From contig CAZSCV010000001.1 in NCBI GenBank assembly GCA_964605525.1, positions 18,424-82,423 of the forward strand: 64,000 nucleotides of DNA, given 5' to 3'. The notes below the pieces were generated by a model, which was not told where the DNA came from, made no database searches, and saw nothing but the letters and a program-made list of their open reading frames with translations. Of this stretch, positions 1 to 7,399 are shown in pieces. Position numbers and translations under genes: made by a program. The stretch's first letter is position 1. The number at the start of each line of letters is the position of its first letter. The stretch is from an uncultured Bdellovibrionales bacterium. GTDB lineage: Bacteria > Patescibacteriota > Minisyncoccia > Moranbacterales > UBA9337.

Positions 1-890
1 GTAAAAAATAATCCGGGCATTGAATTTAGTTCAACTATCCAAGGTTTACTCTTTTCATCAAACATTAAGTCAATAGAAAAAATTCTAGGAGAAAATGTTT
101 CAAAGACCTCTTTAACATAACGAATTATCGGCTTCAATGACGCTGGAAGTTTTTCTTTCGGCACAATAGTCAATGACCCACCTTGAGAAAGATTAGCGAG
201 ATAGCTATCTTCCGCTGGTTCTCGCAAATAAGAATATATCAGTTTTTCATTCACAAAAATCAAACGCAAATCATGCATAGAAAAGCTGGTTTTTATTCCC
301 GGAACTCCGGATGAAGAATTGATAAAATCCTGAATAATATACTCCCTGTCAATTTTTATTTTATCAACATTTTTTTTATCTACAATATAAATATTTTTTC
401 CACCACTTTCTGAAATCGGTTTAAGTACAAATTTTTGCGATTTTATTTTTGGAAGAATTTTTTCTAATTTTTTATGATTATTAACAATCCAGCTTTTCTT
501 GCTCCATTTGTCAAAAATCATGCTGGTTATCAGCTTATCATCCAATATCCTAGTAAAATTAAGATTATTAACAATTGAATAATGTTCCAAAATTAATTCT
601 TTTTTATGATAAGCTTCAGTTTCTGCGCCAGTTTTATCATAAATTAAGTCGGGTTTTATATTTTTCATTAATTTCCAAACATTTTTATCCGCATTATATG
701 TCCAAGCATATTTAAAAAAATTTTTCTTAAAATCATACCAAACATAAGAAGCTCGATACATTTGAATATTTTCTTTTGCACAAAGACTATAAAAATATTC
801 ATAACAACACTGATGATCCTTATTTGCAAATGGTCTTTTTTTGTTTAATGGAGTTTTCCCAAAAAGAATTAGGACTTTATTCATACAATC
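1..890 (-). CDS. ATP-grasp family ligase, truncated at window edge (C-terminal part outside window)
   Basis: Not in ORF track because it runs off the window. Minus-strand ATG at 890-888 translates to MNKVLILFGKTPLNKKRPF...FVLKPISESGGKNIYIV...SKPWIVELNSMPGLFFT. G-rich loop and ELNxxPG motif are typical of RimK/YheCD-like ATP-grasp enzymes. Confidence 0.5.
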
Positions 891-896
891 TCAATT

Positions 897-2339
897 TTAT
901 TTATTGACATCAATTAAAAATTTCTTCAAATCTCTCTTTCCTACAATCATTCTAAATTTTAAATCATCCCTTTTGACAATATTTGCACTAGAATAAATCC
1001 ATAGCCCGTTCATAAAAAAAGATAATTTTACATTCGGCCTAATGGAAACTCCATGAGAAGAATACACAATATTGATATTATCCAAGTCTGGCTTTTGAGA
1101 CAGATATTTTTCTCGCAATTCTTTTTCTATTTTTACAGATTCTTCTCTGGTAAAGTTTTGTGGCAATTCTATTTTTTCGAAAAAATCTACGACATCATTA
1201 AATCCCAACTCTCTTGCCAGCTCAACGTCAATTGAAGTGGAATAAGCGCCCGTGTCGATTTTGGCTTCAACTTCAATTTCTTTGCCATTTTTTCCAATGA
1301 GTTTTACTTTTTCCACGGTGCCGATCACTCTTCGCCCGGAAATTTCTTCCAATTCCTCTTCAATCTCCCCTCCAAACAAATCCATTCCCACACGCACCCC
1401 ACGCTTGATCGTTTTTATTTTGAGCCCTTCCACTCTTTCCAGTCTTCCGCGCAATCCCGCCAAATTCGCAATTTGAATGGAAAGTCCGGCGCGCGCATTG
1501 ATTTCCACAAAAACTGGTCCTTTTTCCTTATCAATCGCCACATCCGCTCCCAAAAATCCAAGTCCGGAAATTTCTTGCGCTTTCACTGCTAATTCCAAAA
1601 TATCATTCCAATAGGGAATTCTGATTCCGGAGAGTAAAAGTCTAGTTCCTGGAACATATTCCACGATTTTTGATTTTCCCTGAACCGCGCTAGTTGTCAC
1701 TCCGGTTGCCAGATCAATTCCCAGTCCGATTCCTCCCTGCTGAAGATTGGCTTTACCTCCTGATTCTTTTGTAGGAAGTCGGAGCATTGCCATTACCGGA
1801 ACTTTATTGAAAACAATTACACGAATATCGGGGATACCCTTGTAAGCGTATGTTTTGAATAATTTCAATAATCTTAATCTCTCCTCGAAAAAAGCAATAT
1901 CGCCCTCCCCTGAAATAGAAAAATTTCCATCCAAAATATTTCGAATATGGTTCTTGATATCTTCGACGGTAATAATTGATCCGTCCGCTTTTACCCAAGC
2001 GTCATTTCGTCCTTTTTTTCTTCCATAAACCACCAAAATTCCTTCTCCTCCCAAGCCTCGATTGGGTTTGAGGGCAAAACCGGATGGCAATTTATCCCAA
2101 TCAAAATTATCCAATTCATTATGCGAAGAAATTTTCGCCAACAAATCAGGCACAGGTATTCCGCCTTTTTTCAAGACTTTCTTGCTTAAAATTTTATCAT
2201 CCGCCAAACGGACAGCCCTCTTTCGATTATTAGGACGAATATATTTAAGATTTCTGGAATTCATCCCTAAAATCTTGTGACTATTTTTGAAAAATTTAAA
2301 CATGCTGTATGGTACATGAAACATGGAGCATTTTAACAA
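897..2339 (-). CDS. ATP-grasp peptide ligase (alpha-L-glutamate-ligase-like) fused to a C-terminal retropepsin-like aspartic peptidase domain
   Basis: 480-aa ORF. N-terminal two thirds has ATP-grasp signatures (LKPNRGLGGEGILVV, FVEINARAGLSIQIANL). C-terminal region has KIDTGAYSTSIDVELARELG with a D-T-G-A aspartic-protease motif, as in RimK-associated retropepsin domains. True start may be the internal M at 2264. Confidence 0.55.
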   Translation of the reverse strand: MLKCSMFHVPYSMFKFFKNSHKILGMNSRNLKYIRPNNRKRAVRLADDKILSKKVLKKGGIPVPDLLAKISSHNELDNFDWDKLPSGFALKPNRGLGGEGILVVYGRKKGRNDAWVKADGSIITVEDIKNHIRNILDGNFSISGEGDIAFFEERLRLLKLFKTYAYKGIPDIRVIVFNKVPVMAMLRLPTKESGGKANLQQGGIGLGIDLATGVTTSAVQGKSKIVEYVPGTRLLLSGIRIPYWNDILELAVKAQEISGLGFLGADVAIDKEKGPVFVEINARAGLSIQIANLAGLRGRLERVEGLKIKTIKRGVRVGMDLFGGEIEEELEEISGRRVIGTVEKVKLIGKNGKEIEVEAKIDTGAYSTSIDVELARELGFNDVVDFFEKIELPQNFTREESVKIEKELREKYLSQKPDLDNINIVYSSHGVSIRPNVKLSFFMNGLWIYSSANIVKRDDLKFRMIVGKRDLKKFLIDVNK

Positions 2340-2380
2340 TTTATGTCATATGTTCTATGTTATGCGCTATATGATCAAAT

Positions 2381-3049
2381 TTACATTTCTTTGAAAATTT
2401 CTCGAAATCGATAATATTCATTAAATCGCAATCCGGTCCATTTACCAAGGAAAAAGTTAATTGGAATCGTCAAAAGAACCACCCACGGATGATAAATAAT
2501 CATATTAATGGTTGTATGCAAACCGACCAAATAAAAACAAACTAGAGAAATTATCAGGGTTTCCACTGCCAAAAGCATAGCCGTTCGATTTCCTTTTTCA
2601 ATTTGCGCCGCCACAAATTTTTCCACAATCGCAATCATAATCAAAAGTGGAAAAATGGAAACGGAAGCTAGCCCCGTTCTTTGCAATGACCCTCCAAAGA
2701 CCAAAATTGCCAAAATTGAAAATGAAACAAGCGTAAGGGTTATCGCTACGCGAGGAAGATACAACAAGCGCAATTTCTTAAGCAAATAGCGCGCGATCAT
2801 TCCGGCAAAAATAACACTTACAAAAATTATCGTTCCGTATTTAACTCCGGAAAATCCATTATTATTATTGATTCTCATCGCCAAAAAAGCCAATGTAATA
2901 ATCATTGGAGTGTAAATTCCAAAAGCCTTTATTCCAAAAACCTGGCGAAAAAAAGCAATCAGAGTGGCGATTATTGGAAAAGTAAGAATCAAAATGACTG
3001 TTTCCAGTGGAACTCCCTGATGAACGAAGTAGTTTATTATCGGGTGCAT
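2381..3049 (-). CDS. polytopic membrane protein (about 6-7 TM), candidate partner of the ATP-grasp ligases
   Basis: 222-aa ORF, strongly hydrophobic throughout (IIATLIAFF, IITLAFLAM, VITLTLVSFSILAILVFGG, LLIMIAIV, IISLVCFYLVGL). Co-directional with the ATP-grasp genes, 41-nt gap. Confidence 0.5.
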   Translation of the reverse strand: MHPIINYFVHQGVPLETVILILTFPIIATLIAFFRQVFGIKAFGIYTPMIITLAFLAMRINNNNGFSGVKYGTIIFVSVIFAGMIARYLLKKLRLLYLPRVAITLTLVSFSILAILVFGGSLQRTGLASVSIFPLLIMIAIVEKFVAAQIEKGNRTAMLLAVETLIISLVCFYLVGLHTTINMIIYHPWVVLLTIPINFFLGKWTGLRFNEYYRFREIFKEM

Positions 3050-3066
3050 ATTTCTTTAATTTTTAA

Positions 3067-3585
3067 TTATAAATTATTCATTTTTCGGCTGTTCAAATGG
3101 CAAAGCGCAATAGCAATCGCATCGGCAGTATCGTCAGGCTTGGGGATCTCTTTGAGTTTCAAGATGTTTTTTACCATAATTTGAACTTGTTTTTTTTCCG
3201 CCCGACCGTATCCAGTGAGCGCCTGTTTCACTTGAAGAGGAGTATACTCAAAAACTTTTACACCCATTCTTTCCAGCGCCAGCAATATTCCTCCCCGCGA
3301 TTGACTGACCTTTATCACAGTTTTCACATTCTTGAAAAAAAACAAATCTTCTACTGCTCCCTCACTTGGTGTGTATTTTTTAATAATCTCCTCGATATCA
3401 TCCGACACTTCCTTGAGCCTCTCTGCAGTACTCCGACTTGGAGAAGTGGAAATGTGTCCATAAGCAATTGGAATCACTTTTCCTTTTTCTTCCTCCAATA
3501 TCGCCCATCCGGTGGTAGCTGTTCCAGGATCTACTCCTAAAACTCGCAAGGTTTTGGAAAAATTTTTAATTTTATAAATTGTCAT
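3067..3585 (-). CDS. ruvC: crossover junction endodeoxyribonuclease RuvC
   Basis: LGVDPGTATTGWAILEE catalytic N-terminus and overall RuvC length. Start chosen at internal M (MTIYKIK), overlapping the yebC stop by 14 nt. ORF-track start 3612 is the alternative. Confidence 0.8.
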   Translation of the reverse strand: MTIYKIKNFSKTLRVLGVDPGTATTGWAILEEEKGKVIPIAYGHISTSPSRSTAERLKEVSDDIEEIIKKYTPSEGAVEDLFFFKNVKTVIKVSQSRGGILLALERMGVKVFEYTPLQVKQALTGYGRAEKKQVQIMVKNILKLKEIPKPDDTADAIAIALCHLNSRKMNNL

Positions 3586-4288
3586 AAACCTCTTGAACAT
3601 CATCATTATCATCCAACTGTTCTAGTATTTTTTCATAATCCATTCTTGCATTTTCATCCAATTCAACTTTTTGCAAAGCGGCATAAACCAATTCGGCATT
3701 TTCCACAGAAATTCCGGATTTTTCCAGATTCTCTTTAACCGTTTTCAACTCGGTAGCTTTAGTATAAATTGTCAGTGTTTCGTCCCAATAAATCGTATCT
3801 TCCGCTCCAGCCTCAATCGCCACCAGTTCCATCTCATCCAAATTGCCGGAATTAACTGAAATATTAATATTTCCTACTAATTTAAAAGAATGCATCACTC
3901 CACCGGCGCTAGCCATCTTTCCTCCGCCCTTTATGATAATATTTTTTATCTCTCCTAATGTTCGATTTTTATTATCTGTTGCGGTTTTGATCAACATCAT
4001 CACACCACTTGAACCAAAGGCTTCGTAAATTATTTCTTCAATTTCCGCCCCGTCCTTAAGTTCTCCGGTTCCTTTTTTGATTGCCCGCTCAATATTGTCC
4101 TTTGGCATATTCACTCTTCGTGCCTGATCAATTGCAAATTTGAGCTTCATATTGGATTCGGGGTTTCCTCCGCTTTCTTTGGCGGCAATAGAGATCAAGC
4201 GACCCAACTTCGTAAAAGAACTGGCTCGCTTTGCATCTTGCGCTCCCTTGCGATGTTTTATTCCCGACCATTTATTATGTCCAGACAT
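3572..4288 (-). CDS. yebC: YebC/PmpR family DNA-binding transcriptional regulator
   Basis: MSGHNKWSGIKHRKGAQDAKRASSFTKLGRLISIAAKESGGNPESNMKLKFAIDQARRVNMPKDNIERAIKKGTGE is the YebC signature. Start at MSGHNKW (4288). Classical yebC-ruvC pair. Confidence 0.85.
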   Translation of the reverse strand: MSGHNKWSGIKHRKGAQDAKRASSFTKLGRLISIAAKESGGNPESNMKLKFAIDQARRVNMPKDNIERAIKKGTGELKDGAEIEEIIYEAFGSSGVMMLIKTATDNKNRTLGEIKNIIIKGGGKMASAGGVMHSFKLVGNINISVNSGNLDEMELVAIEAGAEDTIYWDETLTIYTKATELKTVKENLEKSGISVENAELVYAALQKVELDENARMDYEKILEQLDDNDDVQEVYDNL

Positions 4289-4385
4289 AGACTTTATAAA
4301 GCATAAACTACATAGCATCAACAAAATGTCTTCTGCTCTGCGTTTGAGCTGTATGTTTTACGTTTTCATCCTACCATCTTTATCT

Positions 4386-5135
4386 TTATTTTTCAAGGCT
4401 TTTTCCCTTTTCCCACGCCAATTCGAAAAGCGGTCTCATCGAGCGCACCAGCTCATCAGATTCGATGACCACGATAAAAGGATTTTCTTCCAATGAAGTA
4501 ATTGCCAGTTTGTTGTCATAAATCGTAAAATCCATATGCGAATCTTTGAGCTCCGGAAGAATTTTAACTCTTTGGTTAACCTGAATAAATTTTTTCGCCA
4601 ATTCAATCTCATACGGACTATCCGAAATCAAATGACGGAAACCTGATTCGATGATTCCTTTTTGAGCTTTTTTTATCCATTCGGCAATTTTTCCCGAAAA
4701 TCGGTCCTCAATCCTTTGATAAGAAGAAATGAAAAAAGCGTCTTTCGCATTATTCATTTCTCCGTCCCAAATGCGAAGTATCCCTTCTTCGGTATCATAA
4801 TACCTGATTTTCGGTTTCTTACCGCTTTTATTTCCCAATGTCCGCAAAATCGGCAACATTTCGGAAAAATTCCGAGTGATTCCCTTTAACTGCACCAAAA
4901 TAACCGAGGGATCAGTGGCTTGATAAGTATTGATTTTTCGCTCCGGAAGTTCGCTCACATATCCCCGCTTGATCAATCCCTCCAAAAGCACATAAATTAT
5001 CGGGCGTTTCAGTCCGGAAATTTTGGCAATCTCCGTCACATTTCCCCGCCCCAATTCAAGCAAAGCCAAATACACCCGCGCCTCCTTGCCGGTAAATCCC
5101 GATTCTTCAAGTAATTTTATTAAATCTAAGTCCAT
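4386..5135 (-). CDS. TrmB-like winged-helix transcriptional regulator, paralog 1 of 7
   Basis: N-terminal wHTH GKEARVYLALLELGRGNVTEIAKISGLKRPIIYVLLEGLIKRGYV plus the conserved C-terminal block shared by all seven paralogs (...IVVIESDELVRSMRPLFELAWEK). Sits directly upstream of yebC-ruvC on the same strand. Confidence 0.7.
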   Translation of the reverse strand: MDLDLIKLLEESGFTGKEARVYLALLELGRGNVTEIAKISGLKRPIIYVLLEGLIKRGYVSELPERKINTYQATDPSVILVQLKGITRNFSEMLPILRTLGNKSGKKPKIRYYDTEEGILRIWDGEMNNAKDAFFISSYQRIEDRFSGKIAEWIKKAQKGIIESGFRHLISDSPYEIELAKKFIQVNQRVKILPELKDSHMDFTIYDNKLAITSLEENPFIVVIESDELVRSMRPLFELAWEKGKSLEK

Positions 5136-5149
5136 ACTCTTTATTTGTC

Positions 5150-5169
5150 ATTTCCGCGAAGGCGGGAAT
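5150..5169 (-). promoter_or_regulatory. GC-rich 5-prime-leader hairpin of TrmB paralog 1 (sense: ATTCCCGCcttcGCGGAAAT, followed by GACA)
   Basis: 7-bp stem with GAAG/CTTC loop lying 14 nt upstream of the start codon. Near-identical element (ATTCCCGttttcgCGGGAAT + GACA) precedes paralog 7 at 60177-60196. Confidence 0.45.
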
Positions 5170-5377
5170 ATAGTCAACATATCCACTCAATAGTTTAACA
5201 ATTATTTCTATTTTTGTCAATATTTTTGATAAATAATCATTTAAAATCCATAATTTCAGCCAATTTGTTGGATTTATTTATATTTTACGATTGACATTTT
5301 ATCATAAAAATACTATTATCATCTATTCTAGCAATGGAAAGCTGTTTAAAAATTCAATAAATAAAAGGAGAAAATCA

Positions 5378-5833
5378 ATGAAAGCTATCGCACGCTGGCT
5401 AAAAGAGTTTTTTATGGAATATATCTTGCTATTTATTTTGATGATACTGACCATATTTCTTTTCGTTGGGATCTTGTTTCATTTTAATCCGGCACTTCCA
5501 AAAGAAGAAATAATCAAAAAACAACTTACCTGCTATCAAGGAAGGGGTTACTTTTTGGAAAAATTTCTAGATAACGAGATTTTTATTATTCGCACGAAAC
5601 CAATGCCAATTCCAGAACTGGGACTTGATTTTTCTTTGGCAGAAAGAACAAGCGATGGAATGTTGTTTAATGTTTTAATTCCTGTCGGGAGAAATTTGGA
5701 GCCAAAAGATGAGGTACTTTTATTTCAATTCCAAAGCAAAAAAACCGTCTATAGCCAATTTAATGAATTTTTAATCGCAATACCTAAAAAGAATAACGAG
5801 GTGAAAAATCATGATCTGCCGAAATTGCAATAA
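5378..5833 (+). CDS. small membrane protein
   Basis: AAAGGAG RBS 7 nt before ATG at 5378 (MKAIARWLKEFFMEYILLFILMILTIFLFVGILF...). One N-terminal TM helix. ORF-track start at 5291 lacks an RBS. Confidence 0.5.
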   Translation: MKAIARWLKEFFMEYILLFILMILTIFLFVGILFHFNPALPKEEIIKKQLTCYQGRGYFLEKFLDNEIFIIRTKPMPIPELGLDFSLAERTSDGMLFNVLIPVGRNLEPKDEVLLFQFQSKKTVYSQFNEFLIAIPKKNNEVKNHDLPKLQ

Positions 5834-6314
5834 TCCGATTGATAATGACAGCCTGTTCTGCAAACATTGCGGAGCTATGCAAAAAGAAAAATGCCCGGAA
5901 TGCGGGGAAATGGAACTCATCGGCCACCCGGTATGTGAAACCCTTCTCAAAAAAATACGAAGAGAAAAATGGAAATTTATTTCTGACCATACCGAAAAAT
6001 TTCCTAGTTCTGATTCTGGATTGGCTACATTTTTAGCATTTCTAATTGCAGTCCAGGTAGTAATTGCAATTATTGCCGGAATAATTTTGATTCTTTACTT
6101 TTTGGGGTGGGTAAAGGATTTCATCTTTCCGTACGCATTGTGGGCCACGATATTTTTCGGAATAGAAAGTTGGTTATCCTATAAAGCAGCCATGCGATAC
6201 CTAGAGGGTAATGAAAAAAAGATGACTGAGGATAGAATAAAAACAGAGGATAAATTCCTCGCCGAAAACCCCGAATACGCCGAGATTCTTAAAAAGGCAG
6301 AGGAGAAAAAATAA
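5811..6314 (+). CDS. zinc-ribbon membrane protein
   Basis: N-terminal CxxC...CxxC...CPECG...C zinc-ribbon (MICRNCNNPIDNDSLFCKHCGAMQKEKCPECGEMELIGHPVC). Central TM helix (LATFLAFLIAVQVVIAIIAGIILILYFLGW). Overlaps upstream gene by 23 nt, suggesting translational coupling. Confidence 0.5.
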   Translation: MICRNCNNPIDNDSLFCKHCGAMQKEKCPECGEMELIGHPVCETLLKKIRREKWKFISDHTEKFPSSDSGLATFLAFLIAVQVVIAIIAGIILILYFLGWVKDFIFPYALWATIFFGIESWLSYKAAMRYLEGNEKKMTEDRIKTEDKFLAENPEYAEILKKAEEKK

Positions 6315-6325
6315 AATCCTTGCAA

Positions 6326-6366
6326 AAACGGACAGTCGGAAAAAATCCGCTGTCCGTTTTTTTTAT
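6326..6366 (+). terminator. rho-independent terminator
   Basis: ACGGACAG...CTGTCCGT stem followed by a T9 run, immediately after the 6314 stop. Confidence 0.6.
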
Positions 6367-6438
6367 TTTTCAAAAAAGACACCTTTAAAGGTGTTTGAAA
6401 AAAATTAATTAAGTTTTAGTTAAAAAAACTTGTCAAAC

Positions 6439-6450
6439 ATACGCATATGC
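6439..6450. promoter_or_regulatory. ATACGCATATGC palindromic motif, copy 1 (downstream flank of the PaaX/Cas2-like gene)
   Basis: aaaCATACGCATATGCacaa, embedded between an 8-bp inverted repeat TTGTCAAA...TTTGACAA. Same 12-mer recurs at 7300-7311. Confidence 0.4.
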
Positions 6451-6531
6451 ACAATTTGACAAATTGAATTGATAAGCGATATCAATAAACACTATTCAAA
6501 AGTGATATTTAAGTAATATGGTTATCTTTTT

Positions 6532-7143
6532 TTATAATCCAAAGTGCTTTTTTAATTCTTTCTCGTGAAGCATTTTTTCTGCAATAAATATTTCCAGATA
6601 TTGGCTAACATTGAAAAACTCGGCGACAAAAAGCATTTCATCTTCACAATTATAAGGATAAATCCAAACACTTCTTTGAAATTGATATAATCCAAGTTCT
6701 TTTATTTTTCTCCTGAAAGCTTCGCGCGCGCTATTTTTATCAACAGGAATATCGAAGATAACAACCCGCCATTTTCCATCCCATTCTTTCGGTTTGGATA
6801 TTTTCAAAGATTTAAAATAAAATTCTTTTATCCTTTTATTTCCTTTATTTGTAAGTTTGACTTCAGTTTTTCCACTTTTTCTTTTTATTATTTTTACAAA
6901 CTTTCTCCTTTCAAGGCTGTATACGGCATTTATTATTTTCTTATCGGAATATTTTTCCGATCTTTTATATCCACGCGATACTTTTAATATTCCCGGAGCT
7001 ACTGCTCCAACAAAAACAATCCCGCCCAAGCCGATAATAGCCAGGACAACTTTAGCCGCCACAGCCGGAGCTTTTTTGGATTCAAGAAAACTTTCAATAG
7101 CTTCCTTAAAATCAAATGGTTCTTCTTTTTTTGATTTTGACAT
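6532..7143 (-). CDS. membrane-anchored PaaX-like / Cas2-like-fold protein (putative regulator)
   Basis: 203 aa. N-terminal TM helix (AVAAKVVLAIIGLGGIVFVGAVAPGIL), then a wHTH-like segment. C-terminal WRVVIFDIPVDKNSAREAFRRKIKELGLYQFQRSVWIYPY matches the Cas2/PaaX-C pattern (hhhYDI...R.k..k.L...G.r.Q.SVf). Confidence 0.45.
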   Translation of the reverse strand: MSKSKKEEPFDFKEAIESFLESKKAPAVAAKVVLAIIGLGGIVFVGAVAPGILKVSRGYKRSEKYSDKKIINAVYSLERRKFVKIIKRKSGKTEVKLTNKGNKRIKEFYFKSLKISKPKEWDGKWRVVIFDIPVDKNSAREAFRRKIKELGLYQFQRSVWIYPYNCEDEMLFVAEFFNVSQYLEIFIAEKMLHEKELKKHFGL

Positions 7144-7299
7144 TTTTATTTTTATAAAATCGAATCAAATTATTGAAAATTACATTTTTTCCATACAGCA
7201 AAATTATTACTTGCAAATAATGATCATTTTTTTAAGTTAATATTAATGACATGGTTTCAACATAATCAATTATAATAATAAAATTTAAATTTGCCAAAT

Positions 7300-7311
7300 A
7301 TACGCATATGC
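7300..7311. promoter_or_regulatory. ATACGCATATGC palindromic motif, copy 2 (about 160 bp upstream of the PaaX/Cas2-like gene)
   Basis: aaaTATACGCATATGCGattg. Core CGCATATGCG is a perfect palindrome. 15 of 17 positions identical to copy 1. Confidence 0.4.
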
Positions 7312-7399
7312 GATTGAAGGGCAATTTATTATTTTAGTAATAAAATGAGCAAAACAGCGGGAAAATAAAAAAATAAAAAAGCAAGGGAAAATAAATATT

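Noticed and set aside
3585-3612. Longer RuvC start (MIMMMFKRF...) from the ORF track
   Set aside because: It overlaps the YebC C-terminus by 41 nt and is a run of Met/Ile codons. The internal MTIYKIK start is more compatible with RuvC alignments, but either is possible.
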